A stretch of 64,000 nt of DNA from positions 111,848,001-111,912,000 of the forward strand of contig OX597820.1 of assembly GCA_951406725.2 (NCBI GenBank), read 5' to 3'. Origin of the DNA: Octopus vulgaris (lineage: Eukaryota). Within the stretch, counting starts at the first letter, position 1. Each line of letters starts with the position of its first letter. Of the stretch, positions 41,191-55,937 are shown piece after piece. The position numbers and the translations under genes were made by a program. The notes beneath the pieces are model-generated. The model was not told the origin of the DNA, did no database searches, and saw nothing but the letters and a program-made list of their open reading frames with translations.

Positions 41191-42284
41191 TATAGTAGAA
41201 GATACAGAAAAAAATGACCCCAAATCCCAAAACCATGGGGTTATGAAAGAAACTTCACAACCACAAGATCAAAAATTTTGAAGGAAGTTTTAACCAGTTA
41301 GATTAGTTCCAGTACTTGTGCTTATTTTATAGACCCAGGAGAGTTGAAAAATAAAGTTGAGTGATTTGAACTCAGAATGTAGAGAAATGGAACAAATACT
41401 GCAAGGCATTTTGTCTGACATTCACACTGATAATTCACACATTTCACCTGTAACACTGGCAACCTCTTCCTAAGTTCTTCAATTCAGAAAATAATTCCTA
41501 TAATCTCTCATCCATTAAAGTATTGAAGGTAACAAACTAACAGAGTTGTTAAAACCTTGGTTAAGATGCTTTGCGGTATTTGTTCTGACATTCTGCAAGT
41601 TGAGTATCCTTAAAGCAACATCTGTGACAACACTGATGCCAAGCTGAAACAATCCCTTGAATAAACATCAGTGGAGTAGAGAGGAAGAGACTTGCATACC
41701 TGGGCAACTAGCAATCCCTTTCAAAAAATCCTGATTAGGCCTGCAAATACACGAGTTGAGGCATGGTCAATTTTGAACTGATTTTGGACATAGTCAATTT
41801 TGGAAGCCTTCTTAACTTCTAAACAATGGGAAAGAGTTGCATGAATGGTAAAATTGGTAAAAAGCAAAAAGAATCTCATTTTCTTAAGGGTAATTTTTAT
41901 ACTTATCTTTACTTTAAATAAGTATAAAAACTATAATAATTGTTGGTCTCTGGCACAATGAAATGTACAATTTTATTATTGCAAAGTGCTGAAAATATTC
42001 ACTTTCCTTTGATGATTGCCGTATCCATGCAAAAATTGTTAAACATCAATTGATGATGTGTGCAGTTTAAGAATTGACTTTTCATGACTAGTAATTATGA
42101 AAGTGAGAAATTTACAGAGCAAGATTTGATCGTACATGAATAAAGGGACAGACAGACATAAGAAAGAGAAACAAACTAGAAGAGTTTTGGGGTGATAGTA
42201 AGAGGAAGATGAAGACAAAATAACAGAGATAATTTAAGATATAAAATACTGTTGACCCAGCCATCAGTAGTAATTTTTTTTTTA

Positions 42285-42485
42285 TATATATGTTCTTACA
42301 TATTGATTCTGGTGTAAGGGTCAGTGCCCAAAATCTTTGCTGACCCTCCGAGACCAGTGAAGTTGATGCTATTCATGTTCCTCTTGAACCTTTTTAAGTC
42401 AACACCTGTGGGAAAGAAGATATGAGCTGGGAGGGAATTCCAGAGGATCAATGTCCTGGGAAGGAAAGACTTGGTGTAGTGGAAG
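42285..42485 (-). mobile_element. CR1/Jockey-type LINE 3' fragment
   Basis: Minus translation HYTKSFLPRTLILWNSLPAHIF...FKRNMN. Confidence 0.6.
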
Positions 42486-45429
42486 GAAATGCAATTCTAA
42501 AACAATGGATAAGACTAGCTTTTGAGTAATAAATGCCTTTAGAAATGTTCATCTTCAGGAACTGAGCTCAGACACTGACTCAAGAAATTATCCAACCCAC
42601 CCCCCATCAAATCTTAAAGGGTCCAAAATTTTGGTATTTTTCAATCTTCTTAGGTTTAAAAAATGGTTTATTTAAAATTTTTTTAAAATCGTTCAACCCA
42701 TGCTAGCATGGAAAGCAGACATTAAATGATGATGATGATGATGATGAATGTGGTTTAGTCACTTTTTTAAAATTCAGATATTAAGACAACAAGATAAAAG
42801 AAAACACAAAACTCCTGGAAATATTTTAGAAATATAGATTTAATTAAAACCATCATTGTTAGTTAAAACTTGGAATCTTGCCTGTAATAATATGGCTGTC
42901 CAATAAGCTATACTTCTGGCAAATCAACAATGAAAGGATCAACTTGGGAATTATTAACAGCTTTGGTAAATTATCCAAAAACAAAACAAAAGAAAAAAGA
43001 GAGAGGGGCAAAAAGAAAAAAAATTCCCAACAGTTCAGCTCTCTAAAACGCTGAATGATTTTCGGCACTCAATATAGCTGGGAGAAAATACGAACATCCT
43101 CATGTTCAGATCTCTATCACATAAAATACTAGGAAAGCTGAATGATGCAGAAAAAAAAAAATAAAGTTCAGCAGTTTTAAAGACTGAAAAGAAAAAAAAA
43201 AAAGAGAAGGTGGTGGTGGTGATTGTAATACAAAACAATATCCCATTATGCAGGGATTTTGAAACTTAACAAAGCCATCCAGATATTGAACGGTGCTTAG
43301 GCAGCAATGAAACAATTTTAACATTGAAATTTTAGAGAATATCAAAGAATGAACTTTTGCATTCTGCCTTAATATCCAAACATTGATTATTTTCAAACAG
43401 CCTGTCCAGGTTAAATAAGTTTTTTAAGCTCATACAATACATGAAATTGTTACTCCCGATACCTTATCATTCATGGTCTGACATCCATTTTTGAGAGCAA
43501 AACAAGGATAATGCTAGTGTTGTGAAGAGAAGAAATTTATAAAGTTTTAAATAGAGCCCTGATTCACATAATGGGGCCCTCTATGTAATACAAGGTATAT
43601 GAAGAATATTTGCCCTTTATCTAACTGCTTTTTGCTTTGCAGAGTACCACAAAAGTGAGCGCTTTCTCATTTTTACCTTTGTTTTACACACACAAACTAT
43701 GTATATTTTAGAAGATTTTGATATTTCATTTATTTTTCTTATTATGTCAAGATTCCTTTTCATTTCAATGTCACACAGAAGTGAAGACATGCATTCTTTG
43801 AGAGTATACAACAAGTGTATACCAAAATATATATCTATATCTACACACACACATTATAATCCAGTGACTTGTTACATGCATGCATGTATGAATGAATGAA
43901 TGCATGCATGCATGTCTACATGTAACCCATTAAATGCAGTGTCAGATGAGTTTAAAAATATTATTCACATGCTAATATCTTATAGTAGTAGTTGTCTGGC
44001 AGAACAGGTAAACAATCAAAAGTGTTCCAACCAAGAACATACCACCTTTTTCTCAGGCATTGTATATCTGGGAACCTAATTATCCAAATGTGTCTCTCCA
44101 ATTTCAAGATGACAGAGTGTAATTTAAGAGTTATCTTACAGACTAAATTACAGCTAGAATGGTCCTCAGACACTAGACAATTTGTCTAACCTAGCAGACA
44201 CAAGTTTAAATGTCAAATTTACTCCAACTAATCAAGTATTTTCACACACACACACACACACTAATCTTAATTTAGGGAAACATATCTTAGAGACAACTAG
44301 CAATAACTCATAAATGTATCCAAACTACTGAACGAGTTGACCGACTGGAGTGATAGTGGAAGTGTATAATGCCAAAGATGATGACAATGATGATGGCGAT
44401 GAAGATGATAACATGGCATAATGATAAGAATTTTCAGTTTGATAGTTGAGGCAAATACCAGGATTTGTAAATCCTCTAAGCCAGGCTAGCATTGAAATGA
44501 GAAAGGAAAGTAGAGAATCATAGATTTTTATAAAGTAAAAATCTGAGAATCCAGAATCTGAGGAATCCATTGTGAGTCTGTGCTGGCAAAAGTAATCCAA
44601 AGGAATGCAATAAAATAAATGTAACGTAGCAGCTGTTGCATTTGTTGGAAAAGAAATGGGGGAAAAAAAAAATCATCAATGTTTTTAGGTGCAGGCACTT
44701 TTCCAATTTAGAGAGAATACAAGGAAGACAACAACAACAAAAAATTAAAATCTGTGTTGCAATTTGTAATAATAATGGATCTTTTGGAGGTTACTGAGTG
44801 GTTATGTGATTTGTAATTATTAGGAAGATGTATGGTGAGCAGAAACACGTAGCATGGGCAAAAAGAAGTTTCAAGTGCAGTATCAGAGTCAATACCTTCC
44901 TGTCTACGTTCGTTCCTACATGCAGATGAACACACACACACACACACACACTGTGCACATACATATTCTTGTGCCCATATACATTGACACACACATCAAC
45001 TCTTCTACAGCTGCTTACCTAAGCCCGTTTCTACTGCACAGAAACCACATACCTACCTACCACTTATTACATCTATTACTGCCACAAATATTCTATAGCA
45101 AATAACATGAATTTTTTTTCTTTCCTCTATTTTGCAAAAGGGATTGCATCTGAACAAAACATTGACAATGTTCCCCTCTTATCACAGCTACATGATACAT
45201 TTTATGACTTCCCTACAGATTTATAAAAAACTTAAAGACACATACAAATAACCTCTTCACTTACATTAGAGCTGCCACATTTTAAAAACATTTTGTGTGG
45301 CTAGTAACATGCATTCATCTCTAGAAATACATATTGACATTTTAGATGAACAAATCTATGTCTTTTAGTTCTTTAATTTGTTTTAGTTATTGTGGCCAAG
45401 GCCATGGTAGAGCACCACTGTCAAATAGT

Positions 45430-46491
45430 TTAAAATTCTGGAAAAATCTGGGCTTTGAGTATAAGAGTGTCATTGAGGACATAAGTGGAATTATCTAATT
45501 CACTAAGTGGCACATACTCCATGTATCCAAAACCCTTGTGGTTGCGATGGGTTGTTGGTTTCTGGAAAGCATCTAATGTTGGTTTTGATATCAAAGATTC
45601 AACAGAGTGTCGCCTCTCTTCTATATTTGGGTTCTGGTCTATGACAGATAAAATTATTTTACCTCGAAATGGCCATGTTAAGGTGTCATCCCATTCTCCT
45701 TGCATGAAGTGAATAAAAACAGACAAATGTGTTCCCTGAGAATAGTCGACTCCATTAAGGTTGCATCTCATACATAATTTGTAACCATAGTAATTGGAAT
45801 AAAATGGTGGGCTATGCAGAACTGGCATTTCACCACTAATAGCTTTATGTCTGTGCCGTAAATAATTTTTTATTTTCCAGATGTATAGTCCATTACACAA
45901 TCGTCCTTCTAACTCGGTGAGACGATTAACCTTTTCTTCAATAGCACGTAGCTTTTGTTGTGTTTCCTTGTTGATGCGTTCAATATGGTCATGCCGAAAC
46001 TGCAGTTCAAGCAACTCATGGCTGTGCCTGGCCAAGCTCTCTTCTTGGTAGATATTTCGTTCTTTCAACGATTGAAACTCAAAATCAAAAATATCAGATG
46101 AAGATGCAGTATCTCCTGCATTACATTTTGCTAAATTAGGCACCTTTACGGATTGGCTGCGTATAATAGGAACGTTTGGTGGAGGAGATGGTAATGGCTG
46201 TGAAATACTTGAGATAGTACGAGAAGGACCCTGAGAAAATTTCAGCATATTAGCTTCTGCATTTCCTGAAGCCCCTCCTTCTGCATTTTGTAATAAAGTT
46301 GGTAAATCTCCAACTATTTCTGGATCAGTTACATTCGGCTGACTCTGACTCACTGCATTTCCAGTTTCAATCGAAGACAAGATACTTTCAATATTTTGGA
46401 AGTTGAGAAGCTTTACAAAAGCATGACACAACAGCTGCAGATGTTTCTGGACATTTGTTTTCATGTGTTTCTCCATCTTGAGTCGTTCAAT
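45430..46491 (-). CDS. TRAF6: TNF receptor-associated factor 6, terminal coding exon (end of zinc finger, linker, coiled coil, MATH/TRAF-C domain)
   Basis: Acceptor ctctttcag|ATT; IERLKMEKH...CNGLYIWKI..HSPPFY..GYKLCMR..MQGEWD..WPFRG..AFQKPTTHRNHKGFGY; stop TAA at 45430-45432. Confidence 0.95.
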   Translation of the reverse strand: MERLKMEKHMKTNVQKHLQLLCHAFVKLLNFQNIESILSSIETGNAVSQSQPNVTDPEIVGDLPTLLQNAEGGASGNAEANMLKFSQGPSRTISSISQPLPSPPPNVPIIRSQSVKVPNLAKCNAGDTASSSDIFDFEFQSLKERNIYQEESLARHSHELLELQFRHDHIERINKETQQKLRAIEEKVNRLTELEGRLCNGLYIWKIKNYLRHRHKAISGEMPVLHSPPFYSNYYGYKLCMRCNLNGVDYSQGTHLSVFIHFMQGEWDDTLTWPFRGKIILSVIDQNPNIEERRHSVESLISKPTLDAFQKPTTHRNHKGFGYMEYVPLSELDNSTYVLNDTLILKAQIFPEF

Positions 46492-48234
46492 CTGAAAGAG
46501 ATATGGATTTTTTGGAGTTTTTTTATATAATAGATGAGCTGATTAGGTAGGGAAATTGAGAGGGTTGTGCTGTATTTATGCCTTTCATGGAAGCATAATT
46601 TAAATGCTCTAAATGAGAATCAATACCTACCTGTAATCTTTAATCAAAGTCATACAGAAATATCACTTAAATATGTAACATACTTTAAATATTGCAACTT
46701 GTTTCATATATTGTGACATGGCTCAAATGCCAAGACCTGTTCTCTATACACCACAACTTGTTTCATATATCATAACCTATTTTAAGCATTGTGGTGACCT
46801 ATCTTGTGTACCATCATCTTGTTTTATACATCAAGCTATGTGGAATAAGTAAACTCAGAATGTAAAGAGTTGGAACAAGTGTAGCAAGGTATTTCATCTG
46901 AGGCTCTAATGATTTTGCCAACCCATTGCCCTAATATTAATGATGACAACAATGATAATGCTATATTTACAATAGTTTCTATAACACAAAACCAAAGATG
47001 CAGCTTATACACAAAGTTAAGAAATCTTGTCTAAAGATTTTCATCATTATCATCACAACCAACTGCTACCATAAATATCAAACCACACTTGTTCACTTGG
47101 ACAGATTGATAATAAGGACGAGACTTATGCTTTTCTATATCTCTGGAAACAGTAACAGTCGACAACAACAGAAGGAGAGACTAGTCATACAAGAATCACA
47201 AAACTTGTGGCTCTTGGGTGAAGCCAAAGGTATGCTATCTAGAGATTTGGCTGTCATTTCAAGGGCTGGATAAATGAAGACGGTATTAAATACTGTAATT
47301 AAACTAAGTGTGGCATATGAGACAGACCAGGGGCCTCCTAAAAATGAAATCACTTCTAATATTGAACTATTTCTGTGCAGACAAGATGGAAGAATGAAAA
47401 ACGCTGTGTTGCTGAACACAACCACAGTATGATAACAGCTGGTTTCACATCTTTGCCACAACCTTTAGTTGTGGGAATTAATAAGCCATTGAAGGACAAG
47501 ATATATATCATATGTGAATGATGTAGGTCATTCTGGCTATTAGGAACGGACCAAAAGTTGTTAACTCCAAGAAGCTGAGCTTTCTTACAACATGGTGTGT
47601 AAAAAAGGCTTGGGATGATGTTTTAACAGAGAGTGTGAAGAAGAGATTCCTAGAGGCAGGGCCAACAAATAAAAGGGTGGAGATGGGTTGGGGTCAAATC
47701 CTTTTGTGGGCTGATGACCAAGACATCTAAGAAGATGGAATAATGGAAGCATCATGGGATGTGAATGGAAATTTGATATAGCAGGAATGAGAGGTTGTTT
47801 TTGGCACTAACAATGGTGACGAATCTAAATTTGATCACTTTTAACTGGATTGAAAGTTAAAAATCAACAGTTAATTTCATATTCTGTGATTAATGTTAAA
47901 TGCTCTTTGATTAAAGCTAATTTAAGAGCTTTTAATGAATTCTTTGACATAATACTTTTCAGTCAAGTCTCTTATGTATGAATGTAGTGGCTATTTCAAA
48001 ATCCAGTTTCTAATATATTTTGTTAATGTGTTCAGCATGGCTACTTATTTAATTGTTTAACTTTTTTACTAACAATTAAACACATAACTAAATTTAAATA
48101 GCTCACTGGCTGTTCTAATTTTGTTTTCCATGGTAATTTTGATTATAAAAATTCTGTAGAACTTTTCCAAGCAACAAATAGGGTGGCATGACTTCTACAT
48201 GAGGAAATATGGTAATTTTAAAGAGCTTACTTAC

Positions 48235-48312
48235 TTCTTTATTACATCCAAAAATGTAGAAACAACATTTGATGGCTGCATTAGGACAGTCAACTGCAAT
48301 ATGTTCTGGTAC
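48235..48312 (-). CDS. TRAF6: TRAF6 zinc-finger exon (78 nt)
   Basis: atttgtag|VPEHIAVDCPNAAIKCCFYIFGCNKE|gtaagt, phase 0. Confidence 0.92.
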
Positions 48313-50341
48313 CTACAAATATAAGGTAGGATATAACAAATAGACACACTAAAGTAAGAAAGACTTCAAATTAATGCATTTATGCTACACAGAAATTTAA
48401 AAAAATAACTATCTTTAATAATAACTGATATAAATATTGTTTGGCTGATTGGTTGATTACCTCAGTTGCACTTGACATTGAATAAAGAATGGGCAAGAGA
48501 GTAAAAAGGAAATACATAAGAAGTGAGGAGGAGTATCTTGTAACTTTCTGAAAAATACAGATTTTTTTTAAAATTGCAGAGATATGCTTTTGATGAAGTA
48601 GATTGGAGTTATGTTGATAAAATCTAGAAAAATAATAATATATTTATTGCAAATATACAAAGGTGAAATTAATTTTTAATTTTATTTTAAGGTAATAAAT
48701 ATTTTTCGTTTGAAAGCTAATATTCATTTCATTGTTTTGTAAAAAATACCAAGAAATTTGATAAAAGTTAAATTATGTTTTTTGTTGTCTGGTATTGGAG
48801 ACATGTTTCCTAGTAATTTTGGGGTGCTGATTTCAAAAATGAAATCCATTTTGCTCTATCACATTAAGATATTTCAACTAACTCAAATTCCATTTCTGAC
48901 ATTTCCGGGATTGTCACCATTTCTAATAATAGATTTGGCTTCATCAAATGGAGCTTGGCATAACTTTCATAATATAGTTTTTCAATATCATTTAAAGTAA
49001 ATGCAACTACAAAAGTGAAAACAAAAGTCAGGATTTAAGTATCTTCAGCAAATAAAAAGCATGGAACTTGAGCAACTTTCACTATTTTCAATCTAACTAG
49101 TTTTAAAATGTCATGGTGATGATAGAAATGTCCTTTATACAATCAGTTGCTAATAAACAAGATATTTTTGTGGTCCTTGACATTATATATGTCACATATT
49201 TGTGGAATGTATCTGCAGATATCCCTGTGCAACTATTTTTTCATGAAAGTTGGAATTTTGAATGTTTTAATTGTGTTGACACAGGGGTCAAGGTCACTTT
49301 TTATCAAACATGGTCAAAGAACAGTAGTGTTGATATGTATACAAATCTACATCTACTGTCATTATAATCAACTCTATTATTTTCAGGAATTGTCTGATAC
49401 TTATTTTATCAATGCCACCCAACAATCAAAAGGATGATAGTCAAATTAAGCATTGCAGGATATTTGAACTCACAATATAGAAGGTTGTAACCAAATACTG
49501 CAAGTCAAAGTGTATGGTGCTCTAGCAATTCTGCCAAATCATACCTTTACGAAAATCATTTTTCTTATTGGTCACAACGTTTTGGTGTCAGCACAATTTA
49601 ATATTAAATAAAAAAAAAACAATAAAATAACAAAAAAAAACCCAACTGAGGGGAATGCAGCCACAATAGGGCCAATCAAGAAACCTCACAGATTCAAAAT
49701 TACCCTTACCAACAAGGACAAGTGTCTTCTCCCAGCTTCACTGTCCAGCCAATAGGTATACTTATTCACTAGAGCCAGGTCTGCTACTTTCATCTACCTT
49801 TCAATAAATTTATTAGTGAACAAAAATTTCCTCTCTACTGTCATCTTCAAGTGAAAAAAATCCAATGAATGCTTGAATAAAGAAGGTGTTTGTCTTTAAT
49901 CTTTTCAGTTGTCCGTCACAGTAGAGTTGTTAGTGTTGGGTCAAATGTTTCATGGTATTTGTCCCATTTCTCTGTGCTTTGAGTTCAAATTCCATCAAGG
50001 CCAGCTTTGTCTTTCCTTTTGGGCCGATAAAAGAAAATATACCAGTCAAGGATGGTGGACTAATAGAAAAATTAGTGTAGGATGAAAGGCAAAGTCAACC
50101 TTGAAGGAATTTGAACTCAGAACATAGAGAATGAGAAGAAATATTGTAAAGCGTTTTGTCTGACCTGCAAACAATTCTGCCAGCTTGCCACCTTAATAAT
50201 AATGACAATAAAATGTTTTTTGATACTAAAGTTACAAGGCCTGAAATTTTGCAGAAAGATGCTAGTGGATTACATTGATTGACCCCAGTATTCAAACATC
50301 AATAGAGTCAGTATGTGTGTATGTGCATGTGCATGTGTGTG

Positions 50342-50381
<40 letters not shown>

Positions 50382-50451
50382 TAGATAGATAGAAGAAAAC
50401 AAGGGAAACCTTTCTTAGGAAACAAGAGTAGAAAATGAAAAATATATTTAC

Positions 50452-50523
50452 CATGACCCTAAGGACATCTGCTTTACAAAAAGAACATGGAACTAACTGC
50501 TTGGGACAAACCCCTTCATGTTC
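50452..50523 (-). CDS. TRAF6: TRAF6 zinc-finger exon (72 nt)
   Basis: ttcttcag|EHEGVCPKQLVPCSFCKADVLRVM|gtaaat, phase 0. Confidence 0.92.
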
Positions 50524-51149
50524 CTGAAGAAAGAAGGCCATCGTCTTTTAGTAACAAAAATAAAAAGGCTCAAATCACAATTTAGACTAAAACTGTGATA
50601 CAAAAAAACAATCTACAACAGATACATAAATAGTAAAAACAGGGTACCTAGAATAATATAAGGTCAGTATGGCATTACATATTGGCCATTGTAGTATTGT
50701 GAATGGTTGATATAGTAGTGTAAGGCCAAGAAGGTATAATATATTGGCCAAGATGGCTTATATGTTGGATGACATTTTTTTCTATTGATTTGGTCTGGAG
50801 AAAATGGCTGTGCTCAAAGCAATTGCAGGTACTCTCGGACTAGAGAGGTAGATACCACAAACCTTTTTCTTAAACTGTTTCAAGCTGAAACAATAATAGT
50901 GGACAGGGCAGTGTTAGACAATTGGGGTATTACACATTAATTGTTATAAATGGATGGCAAGGAATATAATATAAGATCACAATTAAATTACTTAATGAAC
51001 ATAGCACAGTGTAGCTAGAGTTGTGTTAATTCACTGGTTTAAGTGGATGGTAGCTAGAGCAGTTAGAAGCAAGTGATGTTATTTATTAGTTAAGATGGTA
51101 TTATATATGAATAGTATTAAATTATAATGTTGCTATATATAGCAAAACT

Positions 51150-52205
51150 GTGTTTATATGAATTATGTGTACCTTACACTTCATAATACAACTCTGTTTC
51201 TCTTTTGCTGCAGATATTTATTTTTGAATAAGTAAAAATGCATAATCTATCTGATTTCCAAAGCGGGCTAATAGTTGGAGCTCAGGTGGCTGAAGCCACA
51301 GAATTGCTTAATGTTTTGGGAAGTACAGTCTCTGAAAGCCTGTTAGCATACTAAAGTAAGGAAAAACCAGCTCTGGTAAGCATAATTCTAGACAGAAGGC
51401 AAAGTTCTCAGAGAGGAACTACAGAATGATAAAATGTACTGTGTCAGAAAACAATCAAACTACAGCAGCAAAAGTGACAACAGAGCTAAACAACCACCAT
51501 GCCAGCCTTGTGCCAATCAATTCTGCTTGCCATAAGCACCATAAAACCACATACCATGGGAAGGCTACAACTGCTAAAATCTCTCCTGTCCCCCATCAAT
51601 AGTGATAAGCAAAAAAGAAAGAAAAAAAATCTAGCCTATCAGAAGCGGTCAATGGCTTAATGAGACACTTATCTCTGATAAATCATCATTCACCCTTTTT
51701 TCCTCACTTTAGTGTGAGTTTATGTCTGGGGACAGCCCAAAGAAGATATCAACTCTGGCTGTTTAGTCCCTACCATGAAGCATGGAGGTGGTTCTCTGAT
51801 TATTTGGACAAACATATTAAAGAATTCCATTGGTTCTTTAGTTGTTCTACAGGATTATCTGAGTATATTTGCTGATCATGTTCATCCAATGGTACAAATA
51901 CACAATCTACCAGGATGATAATGTACTGATTCACACAGTTAGGGTTAGGGTTAGTTTGATTGTTTTCTGACACAGTATTCAAAATTTATATAAAGAACAC
52001 AAAAGTGAAGTAGCATTTTGGAATAGCAAGTGGGGAGCTGTTTGCTTCTACCATTGTCACTGAAAGAGCTAAAACAGGTTTTATTTGAATATTCTATTAA
52101 CAACCAACCATTCAGAACCTGTACAAGTACATTCCTTGACAAAAAGCTGTAACTGATGCCCTAAGTAAACCAACTCCTTATTGAATGGTTTTGTTCAACC
52201 CCAGT
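51150..52205 (+). mobile_element. Tc1 transposon remnant (TRAF6 intron)
   Basis: LSDFQSGLIVGA N-terminus, CLVPTMKHGGGSL motif; right end ttttgttcaacccc. Confidence 0.7.
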
Positions 52206-52810
52206 GTGTGTATATATATCCCAGTGTGTGTGTGTGTTTGTACAGATAGATAGACAGACCCATGATCAAAAAAGCATTCCAGCTATGACCAAAACATCTT
52301 TTTCTGGCACACAGTGTATTTATGACTACATTATCTTATGTATCCTATCTTATATATTAAAGACAGAGTATGATTTTGAGGGAGAGTTGGCTCCTATTTC
52401 TTGAAGGTCAATCATCTGTGAAAAGCCTCCCTGAATGGCACTGTACTTTTACTTTTGCATGAGGGCAGAATGTAATCTTCTTGCCAGAATTCTGTCAGTG
52501 GATCTATTGGTCATGGAGTATTTCAACACCCTAACAATTTCAAGTTTAATAGCTGCAGACAGACTCATTCACATATCCTATAATTCTGATATTATATGAG
52601 CCACCTCACTCTCTGCTATAAGCCTTGCTCAGTTGAAGGAGCTGTTAGTCATGCAAACTACATGGTGCCATGAAAAAAGCATCCAGTGGTTGACATTAGG
52701 AAGAGGATCAAGCCATAGAAACCATGCTAAAGCAGACATTGGAGTATGATGCAGTCTTCAGACCAGTGAGATCCTGTGAAACTGTCCAACCTGTGCCAGC
52801 ATGGAACATA

Positions 52811-54081
52811 CGAGGGGCGTTCAATAAGTAATGCCCCTGACCCACTTGCAGTTGTTTGATCTAGCTGAAATTTTGTATGTGCACTTATTTATACCTCTAT
52901 AGATTAAGTGGCGAACTACAGCTCTGAACTAATTGTGGTTTCTGATTTACAGGTGTTTGAACTGAGTCAAGTGTGAAATGGAGCCTGTTGACTGTCGAGC
53001 AGTGATCTGGATTTTGTATTTGAAAGGACGCACACCACGGGAGACTTTTGATGAAATGAAAGTAACTTATGGTGATGATGCCCCATCATATGACCTTGTA
53101 AAACACTGGCTTTGTGAATTCAAACATAGTTGGAACTCTGTGGAAACAGCTCCCAGATCTGGTCGCCCCCTTCTGCCATTGATGAGACGTCTGTCCGTCA
53201 AGTTGAGGCTGCCATTTTGGAAGGTCAACGCATAACTATTCGCCAAATAGCCCATAAGGTCAAGATTAGTACTGGGTCTGTGGAAACTATCATTCATGAC
53301 CATTTTGCATATGCAAAAGGTGTCTGCCAGATGGATTTCCAGGTTGCCCACACCTTTCCAGAAGCAAGAACGCATTGAGTGCTCCAGGATGAATTTGGAG
53401 ATGTGCCAAGAAGATGAGTCAAAATTTTTCAAAAGACTGATCACACAGGATAAAACCTGGGTCCATCACTATGATCCATAGACCAAAGCCCAGTCAATGC
53501 AGTGAAAGCACTGTGACTCACCTCCTCCAAAGAAGGCAAGGGTGCAGCCCTCCGCTGACAAGGTTATGCTCACAGTCTTCTGGGACCAGGACGGAGTAGT
53601 GATGACAGATTTCCTGGCAAAGGGTACCACAATTACAGGAGCCTATTATGCTTCACTTTTGAGGAAATTAAGAGAAGCTATCAAAATCAAGAGGCGGGGC
53701 AAGATCAGCAAAGACATCCTCCTCCTGCAGGACAACGCTCTGGTCCACAACTCGTGCGTCGCCAGATCAGAAGCACGGGCGTGCAGCTATGAACTCCTCC
53801 CCTTGCACCCTCTGATTTTCACCTATTCCCAGCCATGAAGTTGATTTTGAAAGGAAAGCGTTTCCCAGATGATGCAGCCTTGATTTCTGAAGTCACGTCG
53901 TGGTTGGAGGACCAAGCTGGGGTCTTCTACAAAAACGGTCTCCAGAGCTGTATCAAATGATGGGAGAAATGCATAACTCTGGGTAGTTCCTATGTAGGAA
54001 AAGACTAATAACTGTGCCAAGTGTCGTTGCTCTACTGCTATGGGAAGTGGGTCAGGGGCATTACTTATTGAACGCCCCTCG
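52811..54081 (+). mobile_element. mariner transposon, full length (1271 bp), perfect 37-bp TIRs, TA duplication, transposase disrupted
   Basis: cgaggggcgttcaataagtaatgcccctgacccactt at both ends inverted; QDKTWVHHYDP, KVMLTVFWD, LLQDNA; inserted in an RTE tail (52660-52810 + 54084-54105). Confidence 0.96.
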
Positions 54082-54351
54082 TAAACATTAGATGATGGTG
54101 ATGATATATGTTGATCACAGTGGGTGATAGCTAAAGAGTGTTAGGTCAGTGAAGTGTTAGATTGGGTTGGTATTACAGATTGGTCCTGGTGGATAGTAGA
54201 GAGGGAAGGGTTCATATCTATTAACCAAGAATAGGAACAATTTTTAGATATGTTTTTATATAATTTTTATATAATTTTTAGATATGTTCAATCAGAATTG
54301 ACCTGAGGTACAACAACAAATAATAGCAATAATAATAATAATGATAAAAGT

Positions 54352-54900
54352 ATGCCCTGATGTAATACAAGGCAGTGACTTTCATGACTTCTGGTCTTAA
54401 CTGATTGGAAGCGTTATCATGTACAGTGTTTTGTCTTGGAATGAAAGATGGGCTACAGCAAATATTCTGCTCAATTCCACAGATCTGCTTATCAGTTGTT
54501 TGATCTTAACCAGTTGAGCATGTCCCTTAGTGGCTGACAATATGTGCATCTCTGATGACAAGCAGAAGTAGTGGGAGAGTACCATAGCCATGCGTTGAGA
54601 GGAAATTTTGGGGGTTTGAATAATTCCCCCCTGGAAACATGGGTGTTTTGTTCAACATCTTTATTCAGGGATCTTTTGAGCAGGATGGGCTACTCAACCT
54701 GAAGAAAATTCTAACTGGGCCCCACCTGGGTCATGCACTGTTTATTTTGATATGAGATCACCTTGTGCACATATGGATGTGATGCATGTGCCTGGTGTAC
54801 CCTTATCAGATGGGTAGTCATGATGGGAATACTGGACTTTGTATATTTGTCCCCCAGTGTCACTTTGGTGGCATGCCCTGCTCTCTCATTCAATAATAAT
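54352..54900. repeat. unclassified SINE-sized interspersed element between (AAT)n tracts
   Basis: GC-richer ~550 bp block bounded by aataat repeats; family not assignable. Confidence 0.35.
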
Positions 54901-55159
54901 AACTAGCTGGACCCGTGAAAAATTCACAGAAAACATAAAAAATGTAAGCATCTGTAAATTGTGTGCTGGTGCCATGAGAAATGTTTCTATATTGTGACAC
55001 AGAATATAGAAAGAAGTGTAAAACTGATAACTGTATAATCCATCCAAAATATCTCAGTTACGCAAACGTAAACAGAATTAGTATTTAGCCTTAAAATACA
55101 TTGTACATATTCAAAGAACCTTCTTGGTTTAATGGTATGGAACATTCTTCTGGTATTCT

Positions 55160-55455
55160 TTTTACTTGTTTCAGTCATTTGATGGTGGCCATGCTGGAGC
55201 ACCGCCCTTTAGTCAAAGAAATCGCCCCCTGGACTTATTCCTTGTAAGCTTGGTGCTTATTCTATCAGTCTCTTCTGCTGAACAGCTAACTTACGGGGAC
55301 ACAAACACACCAACATTGGCTGTCAAACTATGGTGGTGGGGGGACAAACACAGACACAAAAAATACACACTTATATGATGGGCTTCTTCCAATTTCCGTC
55401 AATCAAATTCATTCATGACACTTTGGTTAACCCAAGACCATAGTACAAGACACTC
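55160..55455 (-). mobile_element. SINE family A
   Basis: Reverse-complement tail ttttacttgtttcagtcatt...ggccatgctggagcaccgcc. Confidence 0.8.
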
Positions 55456-55937
55456 CTTAAAGTATAGAGTTGAATTTCGTGTAGCCACCAGTTGGCAACT
55501 TTTCTCTCCCATCCATTTTGTAGGGAATATTACCCATTTTTCTGGGCTCTTTTCACAGCTATACCCCATTTGAAATTTGCATTAGTTTTCGTACGACAAA
55601 AAAAAAGGAAAGAGGGGGGAAGCTTGTTTATAGTTTGTAGAGAAAACATTAAACATGCCTGAAAAAGAAACATGGTCTTTCCCCCCAACTAAAAGACATG
55701 AAGAACTATGGAAGAAGGTGAATTAGTAACGAGGGGTGGGTGAAAGAAGAGAGAACTAACAGTCGATCATTCTAGAACTCCTAGAGTAAAAACGTTAACA
55801 GCTCCCTCTTCTTCATTGTTAAAAGTAAAGAAGCTAGAAAAGATCGTATTTCATTCTAATTGTCATTGTAAATGACTGAAGCTTTCCTTTCTCTGCCTCT
55901 ATCGCATCACTCCTTTTCTCTACAGTTAGGAGAGTGA

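Noticed and set aside
51940-51954. Telomeric TTAGGG units
   Set aside because: Only about two units, inside a Tc1 remnant; likely chance
52445-52556. Extra TRAF6 exon
   Set aside because: No zinc-finger content and the flanking exons already join in frame
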